Assembly (NCBI GenBank): GCA_965248635.1
Contig: OZ252114.1
Location: forward strand, 3,103,309 to 3,167,308
Reading direction: 5' to 3'
DNA from: Acidobacteriota bacterium
GTDB taxonomy: Bacteria; Acidobacteriota; UBA6911; RPQK01; CBDAPI01
Length of the DNA stretch: 64,000 nt
Below, in pieces: positions 29,523-40,698 of the stretch (its first letter is position 1; the number at the start of each line of letters is the position of its first letter). The position numbers and the translations under genes are program-made. The notes beneath the pieces were generated by a model. It was given only the letters and a program-made list of their open reading frames with translations, had not been told where the DNA came from and ran no database searches.

Positions 29523-31925
29523 ATGGGAAAGGAAAAGAAGGCCGAAAACCCGGTCCCGAAGGGAGCTCCATCCGGCGACCAGCAGGCCCAACCGGGCCTG
29601 GTTCTGATATCCGAGGTTCTCCCAGACATGCTGCCCATCCTGAGCGTCCGTCTGCGCCCGTATTTCCCCGGCTTTACGGCTCCCCTGGCGGTCACCGGAG
29701 AACATCTCGAGCGCATTCAAAAGGTGATGGAAGGCCCTGATCAGGCCATCGGCCTGGTGCTGGTTCAGGATGCGGATGCCGATGAGTCGCCCGAGAATCT
29801 TTATCCCGTGGGCGTGGCTGCCAAGATTGTGAAAGCGGTTCAGGCGGATTCCGAAACGGCCCATGTTCTCTTGAATTGCCTGGTGCGCTTCACCATTCAG
29901 GAGCTGAAAGAGTCCAACCAGAGTTGGACCGCCCTGGTCAAGTACCACCACGAGCCGGAGTTGACGGTCAACGAGGAACTGAAGGCTTATTCCATGGCCA
30001 TTGTCGCGACACTCAAAGAGCTTGTCCAACTGGACCCTCTGCAGTCGGAAGCCATTAAACTCTTCCTCAACCGCTCAGCAATGGAAGATCCGGGAAAGCT
30101 GGCCGACTTTTCCGCCGCTCTCACGACCGCGAGTCCGGAGGAGCTCCAGCAAGTCCTCGAGACCTTCGATGTGCGTAGCCGCATCGACAGGGTCTTGCTT
30201 CTGCTCCGCAAAGAACTCGAGATGTCCAGACTCCAGCAGAAAATCACGGATCAGATTGAAGACCAGATGAGCGAACGCCAGAGGGAGTTCTTCCTGCGGG
30301 AGCAGCTGAAGGCAATCAAGCAGGAGCTGGGGATCGAAAAGGAAGGAAAGACCTCTGAGATTGAACGCTTTCAGGAGCGACTGCGGGTGCTCTCACCCGG
30401 CCCGGAAGCCGTCAAGGTGATCTCCGAAGAAATGGAGAAGTTAGCCTTACTGGAGCCGGCGTCTCCAGAATATACGGTCACGCGAAACTACCTGGACTGG
30501 CTGACCGCACTGCCCTGGGGCAAACTGAGCAAAGATTCCTATCGGCTCGTGCGGTCCCGTCAAATCCTGGATCGTGATCACTACGGACTGGACGACGTGA
30601 AAGATCGCATTATTGAGTTCATCGCCGTAGGCAAGATGAAGGGAGATATCTCAGGGTCAATCCTCTGCCTGGTCGGTCCACCGGGAGTTGGCAAGACCTC
30701 GATTGGAAGGAGTATTGCCGAGGCACTGGGCCGCAGATTCTACCGTTTTTCTCTGGGGGGAATGCGTGACGAGGCTGAAATCAAAGGGCACCGCAGAACC
30801 TACATCGGTTCCATGCCGGGCAAGTTTCTTTCTGCACTGAAAACCGCCAGCACGGCGAATCCCGTCATCATGCTCGATGAGATTGACAAAGTCGGCGCTT
30901 CCTTTCAGGGTGACCCTGCCTCCGCTCTTCTCGAAGTTCTCGATCCCGAACAGAACTCGTCCTTTCGAGACCACTATCTGGATGTTCCCTTCGATTTGTC
31001 CAACGTGCTCTTCATCTCGACGGCCAACCAGATGGATACGATCCCTTTACCCCTTCTTGACCGCATGGAAATCATCCGGCTCCCCGGCTACATTCTGGAA
31101 GAGAAGTTGGAGATTGCCCGCAGGCATCTGATTCCACGCGCCCTCGAGAGCCATGGTCTCACCAGAAAACAGGTCCGAATCACAAAGGCCGCCCTGCGAG
31201 GGATCATCGACGGCTATGCACGGGAGGCGGGAGTCCGGGGCCTCGAGAAACAGATCAAGAAAATCCTGCGCAGATCGGCCATCAGTCTTGCCAGGGACCC
31301 GACTGAGACGGTGAGCGTGCGTAAGGACAACGTCCGCGAGTTTTTAGGAGAACCTGACTTCAAACGAGAAGCAGTTGCTGCCGGGACACCCGGTGTCGTG
31401 ACCGGGCTGGCCTGGACCCGTCTGGGAGGGGCCACGCTTCAGATTGAGGCGACGGCAGCTCCCAGCAAGAGCAGCGGTTTCAAGCAAACCGGGCAACTCG
31501 GGAGTGTCATGGTCGAAAGCTCCGAGATTGCTTACTCGTACGTGATGTCACACCTCCCCGAATACGGAGTCCGGGAAGACTTCTTCGACGAGCATTTTGT
31601 CCACCTCCATGTCCCGGCCGGAGCAACACCCAAGGACGGGCCTTCCGCTGGAATCACGATGGCCGCAGCTTTGGTTTCCATGGTGAAGGAGGAAGCCGTT
31701 CTTTCCGGACTAGCCATGACCGGGGAACTGACTCTGACGGGACGTGTTCTTGCCATCGGAGGTCTCAAGGAAAAAGTGATCTCTGCTCGCCGCACCGGGT
31801 GCGACAAACTGATTTTCCCGAAAGAGAATCAAGGTGATTTTGGGCGCCTGCCCGACTACCTCAAGAACGGGCTTGAGGTACATTTCGCAGGTCATTTCTC
31901 CGATGTCTACCGAATTGCCTTCTAG
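29523..31925 (+). CDS. lon: ATP-dependent Lon protease
   Basis: LON N-domain, AAA+ Walker A GPPGVGKTS, and protease domain with PKDGPSAG and a catalytic Ser-Lys dyad. An AGGAGA Shine-Dalgarno sequence precedes the ATG. Confidence 0.9.
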   Translation: MGKEKKAENPVPKGAPSGDQQAQPGLVLISEVLPDMLPILSVRLRPYFPGFTAPLAVTGEHLERIQKVMEGPDQAIGLVLVQDADADESPENLYPVGVAAKIVKAVQADSETAHVLLNCLVRFTIQELKESNQSWTALVKYHHEPELTVNEELKAYSMAIVATLKELVQLDPLQSEAIKLFLNRSAMEDPGKLADFSAALTTASPEELQQVLETFDVRSRIDRVLLLLRKELEMSRLQQKITDQIEDQMSERQREFFLREQLKAIKQELGIEKEGKTSEIERFQERLRVLSPGPEAVKVISEEMEKLALLEPASPEYTVTRNYLDWLTALPWGKLSKDSYRLVRSRQILDRDHYGLDDVKDRIIEFIAVGKMKGDISGSILCLVGPPGVGKTSIGRSIAEALGRRFYRFSLGGMRDEAEIKGHRRTYIGSMPGKFLSALKTASTANPVIMLDEIDKVGASFQGDPASALLEVLDPEQNSSFRDHYLDVPFDLSNVLFISTANQMDTIPLPLLDRMEIIRLPGYILEEKLEIARRHLIPRALESHGLTRKQVRITKAALRGIIDGYAREAGVRGLEKQIKKILRRSAISLARDPTETVSVRKDNVREFLGEPDFKREAVAAGTPGVVTGLAWTRLGGATLQIEATAAPSKSSGFKQTGQLGSVMVESSEIAYSYVMSHLPEYGVREDFFDEHFVHLHVPAGATPKDGPSAGITMAAALVSMVKEEAVLSGLAMTGELTLTGRVLAIGGLKEKVISARRTGCDKLIFPKENQGDFGRLPDYLKNGLEVHFAGHFSDVYRIAF

Positions 31926-31927
31926 GG

Positions 31928-33544
31928 ATGCGAGTACTTCGACACCTTCTGCGAGCGCCGCCCCCGGGCAAGCCTGCAATGGTGGGCTGGTACAACCCGT
32001 TCCAATTGCTGCGCACGGGAGCTCAGGTTTTGCTGTCGGCCAGGTGGGTCCATCGGAAAAGCAGACCGGGAGAGCCCTCTGATCCAATAAGACGAGATCC
32101 GCCTTTCATTGACTACAGCTCCCATTCCCACAGCTCCTTTCATATCGACTATCTTGCGGACTGCGGGGACGGGTGGAGATCGACTTATTCAGTTGCCTAC
32201 TCCCTGGTTCTGGAGCAGAAGCTCCACAGAAGTCGCCAGGCTGCCACGCTCCCCAGGGCAGAGATCCTGGTCCTCGGGGGCGACCTGGTCTACCCCTATC
32301 CCGGAGACGGAGCCTACCAGCAGAGATTGGTCAAACCTTATTCTGAGGCACTCCCCCAGGTTCCGGAGCCCCAACCCGAAGTCCTGGCCATTCCCGGCAA
32401 CCATGACTGGTATGACGGGCTCGTCTGGTTCCGCCGGCTGTTCTGCTCGGGAGGCGACTTTGCAGCCTGGAAGACGCGCCAATCCTGCAGTTATTTTGCG
32501 GCGCGCTTGCCTTACAGCTGGTGGATTCTGGGCCTTGACACCGGGCTACGGTAAGACATTGATGCCCGTCAGGCTCGCTATTTCCACTCGATCCTTGACC
32601 AGATGACCCCCGCGGATCGAGTGATCATTTGTTACCCTGAGCCTCCATGGCTGCGCCCCTCATCCGCTTCCTCTCCTCACATCGAGGGACGCGTGAAGAA
32701 GCTGGAAGCCAGGCTGAGAGATTCCCACCAGCTTCTCGAGTTGTCGGGAGACAGCCATAATTATCAGCGGTCCTCGCGAGGGCAGTGTCACCGCGTGGTG
32801 TGTGGAACAGGTGGTGCCTTTCTCCATCCAACACACGTTGTCCCGTGCGAGGCGCGGGCCGACGGGTATCGGCAGGAGAAATTCTACCCTGATCGGCGCG
32901 TGTCCTCGGCCCTGAGCTTGGCCAACCTCTGGTTCGCGCTCAGAAACCCTAGATTCGGAATGCTCGCTGTCACCGTCTATGTGCTCCTAACCTCGGTGAG
33001 AGCTGCCAGCCCGACCGGTCTCTCTCTCTACCTTCTACTGGTTGCCGGGTGTGTTTTCTTTGCCGACAGCTCAACGCGCTGGTTCCGCTGGGTTGCCGGC
33101 ACCTCTCACGCACTGCTTCATGTCGGGGCAGGCTGGATTCTCCTCTGGAGCAGTTCGCGCGTTGCTTTGTCCTGGCTGAACCTCGAGCCGGAGTCCATCG
33201 CCCATTACCTGACTGTCGGGGCTCTCTTCGCTGGTGGTGCGTGGGCCGTGGGCTCCACCATTGTGGGGCTCTACCTGTTCTTTTCACTCAACCTCTTCGG
33301 AAGACATTTGAACGAGTCTTTCAGCGCCCTTCGCATCGAGGACTGGAAGGGCTTTCTGCGGATTCGGGTCAGTCCAGATGGCCTCCTGGAGGGTTTCTTC
33401 TTTGGAATTGACAGGGTTCCTCGGCGGTGGAGGCGAAACCCTGCAGCACAAGGTCCAGCCTGGCTGCCACGGCGACCCGGCCCGCTGGCCCGCCTGGTGG
33501 ATCATTTCCAGGTAGGCGCAAAGAAGGAAGCCGCGCCCCGCTAG
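31928..33544 (+). pseudogene. calcineurin-like metallophosphoesterase with C-terminal membrane domain, interrupted by an in-frame TAA at 32552-32554
   Basis: Track ORFs 31928..32554 and 32603..33544 are in the same frame. The sequence reads …LDTGLR-TAA-DIDARQARYFHSILDQMTPADRVIICY…, and metallophosphatase motifs (GDLVYP, GNHD, GDSHNY, GTGGAFLHPTH) lie on both sides of the stop. Confidence 0.6.
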
Positions 33545-33562
33545 CAGCCCGTGCCGGCGCGA

Positions 33563-34525
33563 TCAGGTCTTGGGTACGCTCAGGTAACCAACCACGAACT
33601 TCTTGTCCACTCGGTTGACCAGAATCTCATAGGGTTTCTTCTGGCCTTCGACGTAAAAGAAGATCGGCTCGTTGACATTGACTCGCTTCTTGTTGATGCG
33701 ACGCCCATCCGCAACGATCTCCACGTGGTAGCGCTGGTTCTTGAAGTCGGTATTCTTTAGCAGCATGGCGACGTTGAAGACTTTCATAACGCCCCCGCTT
33801 CGCTGCAGCTCGAAATTGTAGTAGTCCCGATCCAGAGACCGTTTGACTCCGCCGATCTCCTCGGCGTTCGCATCGACCTTGGTAACCAGCGAACCCAGCG
33901 AATCCCGATTACTGGCAATTTCAGCCCGGTCGGCCTCGGCCGCTGCCTCGAGACCGGACATATTCGTGTTGGTTTCGTTCAGCCGCGTGCTGACCGCACC
34001 TACCTGCTGTTCTAATCCGTCGGTTTTCTGCTGCAACTCATCCTTCAGCGCGCCGACTTCCTCCTGATCAGCCTTGCCAATCGCCATCGCCTCGAGCTCT
34101 TTTTCCTGCTGGGACTGGCTGTACTGGAGATTAGAGTAGAGCTTCTGGTAGCGATCGATCTCAAGGCCCTGAGCGCCAAGTTGGGACTCGCTCTTATTCA
34201 GGCCCGTCTGGAGTTTCCCGATCTTTTCGTCGGAAGTCTCCAGTTGCTCGCTTACCGCGACAAGTTGCTCCTGGCTGGATTCCAGCCGGGTGTTCATAGC
34301 AACGAGCTGCTGCTGCGACTGGTAAAGGAAATAAGCCAGTGCGAGCAGTCCAACTGCAAAGAGGGCACCCACAATGTATCGCCAGTAGTTCTTGGGCTCA
34401 TCCCCCGACCCGGAGCGGCTCTCGCGGGCCGGCCGGCCCTTGCCGAGCATTCGATCAATCAGGGGATCTTCGTACTGCTTCCTGTCATCGGATCCGTCCA
34501 TTTTCTCCTCCATTGAGAAGTCCAA
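33563..34525 (-). CDS. membrane-anchored coiled-coil protein (hypothetical)
   Basis: One transmembrane helix, a long Q/E-rich coiled-coil region and a C-terminal globular domain of unknown family. Confidence 0.4.
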   Translation of the reverse strand: MDFSMEEKMDGSDDRKQYEDPLIDRMLGKGRPARESRSGSGDEPKNYWRYIVGALFAVGLLALAYFLYQSQQQLVAMNTRLESSQEQLVAVSEQLETSDEKIGKLQTGLNKSESQLGAQGLEIDRYQKLYSNLQYSQSQQEKELEAMAIGKADQEEVGALKDELQQKTDGLEQQVGAVSTRLNETNTNMSGLEAAAEADRAEIASNRDSLGSLVTKVDANAEEIGGVKRSLDRDYYNFELQRSGGVMKVFNVAMLLKNTDFKNQRYHVEIVADGRRINKKRVNVNEPIFFYVEGQKKPYEILVNRVDKKFVVGYLSVPKT

Positions 34526-34650
34526 AGACTCCGTTCTTATTCCCGTTTTTGCTATCCATTATAGAGTCCCCACCCACCAAAAAGTTTCATGGGGAGATCG
34601 GCCGAGGCCCCCACTTGAGCAAGATATCCTTATGATAATATCACCCTCCG

Positions 34651-35073
34651 ATGTCTGCCAGAGCAATTCTCCCGATTCTTGTGATCGCGGTCGGTCTGCC
34701 GGCCCTCATTTTCTATAGCATTTTCTTTGGTGGCCCCCGCCCCGAAATGAGGCCGATCAGCAATTTTAAAAACTACCAGATGGAGATCAATCGTTTGTCC
34801 AATGATCGCTACCAGGTACTGGGAGTCAGTGACGAAGGAGGCTCGCTACGGGTGAATGTCTGGTTCCGGAATCCTCCATCGGGGCGGTCGGAGGTTCGCA
34901 TCCAGACGTTCAATACTCTCTACGATGTTCAGTCCATTGTAGGCCAGGAGCTCTCGGCCAGTGTCTGGATCTATCGGGCTCCGGCAGCTGAGCGGACTGC
35001 TCTCCAGGGACTGGCCTTTTTCCGCGCTCTTACCGGGCAGACCGTGTTCAAGCACGCCGATGAGCTGCCCTGA
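34651..35073 (+). CDS. hypothetical membrane-anchored protein
   Basis: N-terminal transmembrane helix. No motif recognised. Confidence 0.35.
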   Translation: MSARAILPILVIAVGLPALIFYSIFFGGPRPEMRPISNFKNYQMEINRLSNDRYQVLGVSDEGGSLRVNVWFRNPPSGRSEVRIQTFNTLYDVQSIVGQELSASVWIYRAPAAERTALQGLAFFRALTGQTVFKHADELP

Positions 35074-35117
35074 ATCCTGGTAAGGTGAGCACCAAGTCCC
35101 GAAAGGACGGTTGATCA

Positions 35118-35510
35118 ATGGAGTATCCTGAGGCTCTTCTGTACACAAGAGATCACGAGTGGATCCGTCAAAAGGCAGAGATCGCCACGGTTGGAATCAG
35201 TGACCATGCACAACAGGAACTGGGAGATGTGGTCTACGTCGAAATCCCCAGGAAGAATGAAGCGATCGAGATGGGAGCATCGATGGCGTCTGTCGAATCC
35301 GTGAAGGCGGTCTCAGATGTGTATTCGCCGGTCACCGGTAGAATCGAAGACGCCAACGAGGATCTGGTCGATCACCCCGAAAAGATCAATGAAGATCCCT
35401 ACGGCGCAGGGTGGATCGCAAAGATACGGCTCACCGACAGCGGACAACTGACCGGGCTGATGACAGCCCGAGAATACCGGGCCTACGTCGAGGAAGAATC
35501 GTCCAATTGA
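35118..35510 (+). CDS. gcvH: glycine cleavage system H protein
   Basis: Lipoyl-lysine motif ESVKAVSD and canonical GcvH length. Confidence 0.9.
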   Translation: MEYPEALLYTRDHEWIRQKAEIATVGISDHAQQELGDVVYVEIPRKNEAIEMGASMASVESVKAVSDVYSPVTGRIEDANEDLVDHPEKINEDPYGAGWIAKIRLTDSGQLTGLMTAREYRAYVEEESSN

Positions 35511-38362
35511 GCGCGGGCAGTTTCGTTCACCGACACATCGGGCCGGGGCCGGACGACGTCCAGGGCATGCTGCGCCGCCTGGGCCTCGCTTCGCTCGACG
35601 ATCTCATAGAAAAAACGATCCCCGAAACGATCCGTGACCTGAGGCCGCTGGCCTTGCCCCCGGCCCGAACCGAAACCGAGGTGATCTCTACTCTCACTCA
35701 TCTTGCCTCGCAGAATCAGCTGAAGAAATCTTTTCTAGGGCTTGGGTACTCAGCCACGATCACACCCCCTGTCATTCTCCGAAATATTCTGGAGAATCCG
35801 GGCTGGTACACGGCCTACACTCCCTATCAGGCGGAAATCTCTCAGGGCCGGATGGAGGCCTTGCTCAATTTTCAGACCATGGCCATCGATCTCACCGGGA
35901 TGGAGATCGCCAACGCATCACTGCTGGATGAGGCGACGGCTGCCGCAGAGGCGGTGAGCTTCTGCCGGTCCGTCGCCGGAAGGCAAGCGGAAGGAAGGGG
36001 CGTATGGGTCTCGACCGGCTGTCATCCTCAGACGATCGACGTCGTCCAGACTCGCTCCCGACCACTGGGCGTCAGCGTGGTCACCGGTCACTCCGGCCAG
36101 CTGGACACAACTGAGGATTACTTTGCAATTCTGCTTCAGTACCCGGCCACCGACGGCTCCCTGAACAACCTGGAGGCACTGGTCAAGCGGGCTCACCGAG
36201 ACCAGACCCTGGTGATTTGCGCCACGGACCTTTTGAGTCTCTGTCTTCTCAAGCCTCCGGGTGAGTTTGGCGCTGATGTGGTGATCGGAAACTCGCAGCG
36301 TTTCGGCGTCCCGCTCGGTTTCGGCGGACCGCATGCTGCTTTTTTTGCAACCAGGGAAAGATTTCAGAGAAGGGTCCCCGGACGAATCGTGGGAGTTACA
36401 CGGGACCGCCACGATCGCTTCGCGCTCCGTCTGGCTCTGCAAACGCGAGAGCAACACATTCGACGCGAGAAGGCCACCAGCAACATCTGCACGGCCCAGG
36501 TTCTGCTGGCCGTGATGGCCAGCATGTATGCCGTCTACCACGGCCCTCAAGGTCTCCAGGCCATTGCCTCTCGGGTCCACGATCTGGCCTGCGACCTGGC
36601 GGTCGGCTTCCTGCAGCGTGGCCACGATTTGATCTCTCTGCGCTTCTTCGATACCGTTGCCGTACGGGTCGACGCGGCTAGACGGGCAGCCCTGCTGCAG
36701 GATGCTGCTGCTGCCGGGTATAACCTGAGAGCGATCGATGAGCTGACGGTCGCCATCTCCCTGGACGAGACCGCCTCTCTGGAAGATGTGGAAGCTCTTC
36801 TGGAGCTTTTCTCTCAGGGCAATTCTCGGGAAGCTGAAAATGAGTCTGTGCGAGTTGGAATTCCTGCGAGTCTAAGACGCAGCTCTCCATACTTAAGTCA
36901 CCCGGTCTTCAACCGCTACCGATCGGAGACGGAGATGCTCCGGTATCTGCACCGCTTACAGGCTCGAGATCTTTCCCTGACTCACTCCATGATCCCCCTC
37001 GGTTCCTGCACAATGAAGCTGAACGCTACTGCGGAGATGCTCCCCATCAGCGAGCCGGGATTTGCTCAGGTGCACCCTTTCGTTCCGCTCGAACAGGTTC
37101 CCGGCTATCTCCAGCTCATCCACGAACTGGAGGAGATGCTCGGGGTCGTGACCGGGTTTTCGGCTGTTTCCCTGCAGCCCAATGCCGGGTCGCAGGGCGA
37201 GTACGCCGGTCTGCTCGTGATCCGGCGCTACTACCAGGAACGGGGTGAAGGGCAGCGAGATGTCTGCCTGATCCCGAGTTCCGCCCACGGCACCAACCCG
37301 GCCAGTGCCGCCATGGCGGGTCTCAGGGTTGTCGTGGTGGCCTGTGACCGGGAAGGCAACATCGATCTCGCTGACCTGGAGGGAAAGGCCCGGGAAAACT
37401 CCGAGCGGTTGGCTGCCCTCATGGTGACCTACCCTTCCACTCACGGTGTCTTTGAAGAAGGGATCCGTGAAGTCTGTGCGATCGTACACAGACACCGTGG
37501 ACAGGTCTATCTGGACGGGGCCAACCTGAATGCGCTGCTCGGGGTCTGTCGGCCGGCGGACTTCGGTCCCGACGTGGCTCATCTGAACCTGCACAAGACC
37601 TTCTGTATTCCCCACGGCGGAGGCGGCCCCGGCGTGGGGCCAATCGGCGTCCGGGAACACCTGGCTCCTTATCTCCCGGGACACATCCTGCGGCCGGAAG
37701 CCGGATCCGCAAGCGGCATTTCCGCCGTTTCGGCTGCCCCCTGGGGAAGCCCCGGCATCCTTCCCATTTCCTGGGCCTACATCGCACTGATGGGGGCAGC
37801 GGGACTCAAACGCGCAACCCAGGTGGCCATTTTGAACGCGAACTACATTGCTTCGCGCCTGCAGGACCACTATCCGGTTCTTTTCGTCGGAAAGAACGGC
37901 CTGGTGGCCCATGAATGCATCATCGATCTCAGACCCTTCAAGAAGAGCACCGGAATTGATGTGGACGATGTGGCCAAGCGCCTGATGGATTACGGCTTTC
38001 ATGCACCCACCATGTCGTTTCCGGTCCCGGGCACCCTCATGATCGAGCCCACGGAGAGCGAATCGAAGGAAGAACTGGATCGCTTCTGCGAGGCGATGAT
38101 GCAGATCAGAGAGGAGATACGGGACATTGAAGAAGGACGTTCCGATCGCGAACGGAATCCGCTGAAGAATGCTCCACACACAGCCGAGACCCTGATCTCC
38201 GATGACTGGGATGAACCTTACGCCCGGGAAACTGCAGCCTACCCTCTACCCTGGGTCCGGGCACGAAAATTCTGGCCGGCAGTGGGACGCGTGGACAATG
38301 TTTACGGAGATCGCAACCTGATGTGTGCCTGCCCTCCCCTGGAGAGTTACCTCGACGACTGA
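35507..38362 (+). CDS. gcvP: glycine dehydrogenase (decarboxylating), single-chain P protein
   Basis: Full-length GcvP (about 950 aa, PLP-dependent). The likely start is a TTG at 35507 that overlaps the gcvH TGA (TTGA). The track ORF begins earlier at an internal GTG. Confidence 0.9.
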   Translation: MSAGSFVHRHIGPGPDDVQGMLRRLGLASLDDLIEKTIPETIRDLRPLALPPARTETEVISTLTHLASQNQLKKSFLGLGYSATITPPVILRNILENPGWYTAYTPYQAEISQGRMEALLNFQTMAIDLTGMEIANASLLDEATAAAEAVSFCRSVAGRQAEGRGVWVSTGCHPQTIDVVQTRSRPLGVSVVTGHSGQLDTTEDYFAILLQYPATDGSLNNLEALVKRAHRDQTLVICATDLLSLCLLKPPGEFGADVVIGNSQRFGVPLGFGGPHAAFFATRERFQRRVPGRIVGVTRDRHDRFALRLALQTREQHIRREKATSNICTAQVLLAVMASMYAVYHGPQGLQAIASRVHDLACDLAVGFLQRGHDLISLRFFDTVAVRVDAARRAALLQDAAAAGYNLRAIDELTVAISLDETASLEDVEALLELFSQGNSREAENESVRVGIPASLRRSSPYLSHPVFNRYRSETEMLRYLHRLQARDLSLTHSMIPLGSCTMKLNATAEMLPISEPGFAQVHPFVPLEQVPGYLQLIHELEEMLGVVTGFSAVSLQPNAGSQGEYAGLLVIRRYYQERGEGQRDVCLIPSSAHGTNPASAAMAGLRVVVVACDREGNIDLADLEGKARENSERLAALMVTYPSTHGVFEEGIREVCAIVHRHRGQVYLDGANLNALLGVCRPADFGPDVAHLNLHKTFCIPHGGGGPGVGPIGVREHLAPYLPGHILRPEAGSASGISAVSAAPWGSPGILPISWAYIALMGAAGLKRATQVAILNANYIASRLQDHYPVLFVGKNGLVAHECIIDLRPFKKSTGIDVDDVAKRLMDYGFHAPTMSFPVPGTLMIEPTESESKEELDRFCEAMMQIREEIRDIEEGRSDRERNPLKNAPHTAETLISDDWDEPYARETAAYPLPWVRARKFWPAVGRVDNVYGDRNLMCACPPLESYLDD

Positions 38363-38526
38363 AACATCTGCTTCTGGTACTGGACATCTCCGAGGGTGGG
38401 AGGGGCCCCGAGGCCGCGACCTCCGGGCGTGATGTTCACCAACGCCGGTCGCCGCCGAAGACGCCTCCCACTTTGAAATTTCCGACCCGATGAACCGGGC
38501 CACTGTCCATCCGCTAAAATACCCGG

Positions 38527-39279
38527 GTGGAAGGCGAGGCCATCACCAGTTCTCAGAATCCCCGGTTTAAACTCTGGAAATCGTACATTCAGTCGCCCCA
38601 AGACGGGAACTGCCCCTGGATTGCTGTGGAGGGCCCAAAGCAGGCTCTTGATCTGAGTTCGAAACATAGGATCGAACTCCTTCTCTACTCTGCTGACGAC
38701 TCCCTCGCTCCGATTCTGAGCAGGCAAGCTCCCCCCTGTGTCCGCCTCCCCTCGGATCTCTTGTCCCGGCTCTCCAGAGTCCGCAGTCATCAAGGTGTCA
38801 TTGCTTTTTTTGAGAAGCCGGTCTGGAGCTGGGATGACGCTTCGGAATGGATCCTCTATCTGGAAGGGATACAGGATCCAGGCAATCTCGGGACCCTTCT
38901 CCGTACGGCCCGGGCCACCGGCCGCTTTTCACTTGTCTCAGACCCTGGCGCAGTTTCCTTCTTCAATTCAAAGGTCGTGCGAGCCTCCAGTGGAGCTTTG
39001 TTCCAGGTTCCCTTTCTGGAGGGTGTTGCTGTGGCAGAATTGAAACGGCGAAACTACCGAGTCATTGCTGCCTCTGCTTCCGGCCGGGAAAGTCTTTTGG
39101 ACCAGCAATTCGCTCCCAGGACCGCTTTTATCCTGGGAAACGAAGGCCAGGGCGTGACCGGAAAAGCCCTGGAAATGTCTGACCAGGTTTTTCGGATTCC
39201 CATGGAGACGGGATGCGATAGCCTGAACGCGTCGGTTGCGGGATCGCTTATCATGTACCAGGTATACCTTAGCAGTTAG
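38527..39279 (+). CDS. TrmH/SpoU-family RNA 2'-O-methyltransferase
   Basis: SpoU methylase C-terminal motifs (ILGNEGQGV, IPMETGCDSLNASVAGSLIMY). Confidence 0.8.
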   Translation: MEGEAITSSQNPRFKLWKSYIQSPQDGNCPWIAVEGPKQALDLSSKHRIELLLYSADDSLAPILSRQAPPCVRLPSDLLSRLSRVRSHQGVIAFFEKPVWSWDDASEWILYLEGIQDPGNLGTLLRTARATGRFSLVSDPGAVSFFNSKVVRASSGALFQVPFLEGVAVAELKRRNYRVIAASASGRESLLDQQFAPRTAFILGNEGQGVTGKALEMSDQVFRIPMETGCDSLNASVAGSLIMYQVYLSS

Positions 39280-39290
39280 AGACCCCGAAA

Positions 39291-40640
39291 ATGAGCCAGG
39301 ACCTGTTTTCCAGTGATGAGTCGCCTTCATCTCCGGAGGAAGCCGGACCACTGGCCGAACGGATGCGTCCCCGGTCGCTGTCGGAAGTGGTCGGTCAGGA
39401 AGCCCTCTTGTCGGAAGGCCGGTTTCTGCGCCGGGTGATCGATCAGGATCAGGTTCCTTCCTTGATCTTGTGGGGCCCTCCGGGTGTCGGAAAAACAACC
39501 GTTGCAAGAGTGATCGCCGGAGCGACGGGGGCGCATTTCGTTGCCCTGAGTGCTGTTTTTTCCGGGGTGAAAGAGGTGAAGCAGGTGCTCAAGGAGGCTG
39601 AATACCAGCAGCGGGCTTTCTCCCGGCGGACGATCCTCTTCGTAGACGAGATTCACCGCTTTAACAAGGCTCAGCAGGACGCTTTTCTGCCTCACGTCGA
39701 AAGAGGCTCCATCACGCTGATCGGGGCGACGACCGAGAACCCTTCTTTTGAAGTGATCTCGCCTCTGCTCTCGAGATCCAGGGTGGTCGTTCTCGAATCC
39801 CTGTCGGAGCCAGATCTGATGCAACTGCTCAAGCGGGCCCTGCAGGAAGAAGAGCGAGGCCTCGGATCCCTTCATTTATCCTGCACTGAGGAGACCCTTA
39901 GTCTGATCGCTACCCATGCCAACGGCGATGCACGCGTTGCTCTCAACGCTCTGGAAGTCGCCGCCAGCCTGATCGACTCTGCAAGTGATCGCACCCTTAC
40001 GCCGAAACTCGTGAGGGAAGCCCTTCAGAAAAAGACGCTTCTCTATGACAAATCCGGTGAAGAACACTTCAATCTGATTTCGGCCCTGCACAAGTCGCTT
40101 CGCAACAGTGACCCGGACGCTGCCCTCTACTGGTTGGCCCGCATGTTGGAGGCGGGAGAGGACCCCCTCTTTATAGCCCGGCGGATGATCCGCTTCGCCT
40201 CCGAGGATGTCGGTCTGGCTGACCCAGGGGCGGTTGGAAGGGCCATCGACGGCCTTCGCGCGTTTCAGTTCATCGGGCTTCCGGAAGGCAAGCTGGCGCT
40301 CGCCCAGGTAGCCATCGACCTGGCTCTGGCTCCGAAGTCCAATTCCGTTTACCGAGCTTACGCCGGGGCAGCCGGTGATGTGGAGTCAACTCGAAACGAT
40401 CCCGTGCCGCTGCACCTCAGGAATGCTCCCACCGGCTTGATGAAAGAAATTGGTTACGGAGCCGGCTATGAATACGCGCATGATGATCCCGACGCCATAA
40501 CCGCCATGTCCTGTTTGCCTGAAAACCTCAGTGGCAGAAGCTACTATAGGGCGACCGATCATGGTCATGAAGCTCGACTCAAACAAAGACTCGAGCAGGT
40601 CAGGAAAATGGCAGGGGCCCGGAAAACCCGGACCACCTGA
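39291..40640 (+). CDS. rarA: replication-associated recombination protein A (AAA+ ATPase)
   Basis: WGPPGVGKTT Walker A plus the MgsA C-terminal domain. Confidence 0.85.
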   Translation: MSQDLFSSDESPSSPEEAGPLAERMRPRSLSEVVGQEALLSEGRFLRRVIDQDQVPSLILWGPPGVGKTTVARVIAGATGAHFVALSAVFSGVKEVKQVLKEAEYQQRAFSRRTILFVDEIHRFNKAQQDAFLPHVERGSITLIGATTENPSFEVISPLLSRSRVVVLESLSEPDLMQLLKRALQEEERGLGSLHLSCTEETLSLIATHANGDARVALNALEVAASLIDSASDRTLTPKLVREALQKKTLLYDKSGEEHFNLISALHKSLRNSDPDAALYWLARMLEAGEDPLFIARRMIRFASEDVGLADPGAVGRAIDGLRAFQFIGLPEGKLALAQVAIDLALAPKSNSVYRAYAGAAGDVESTRNDPVPLHLRNAPTGLMKEIGYGAGYEYAHDDPDAITAMSCLPENLSGRSYYRATDHGHEARLKQRLEQVRKMAGARKTRTT

Positions 40641-40698
40641 AGCTGCAGCCACTGTTTAGATCCAGATCGGGAAGGTTGCTGCTCCCTCTACTGCTGCT

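Noticed and set aside
34990-35117. Glycine riboswitch upstream of gcvH.
   Set aside because: The leader is only about 44 nt after the preceding ORF, and the conserved glycine-aptamer core sequences (…CUCUGGAGAG…ACCGAAGGGGCAA…) are not present.
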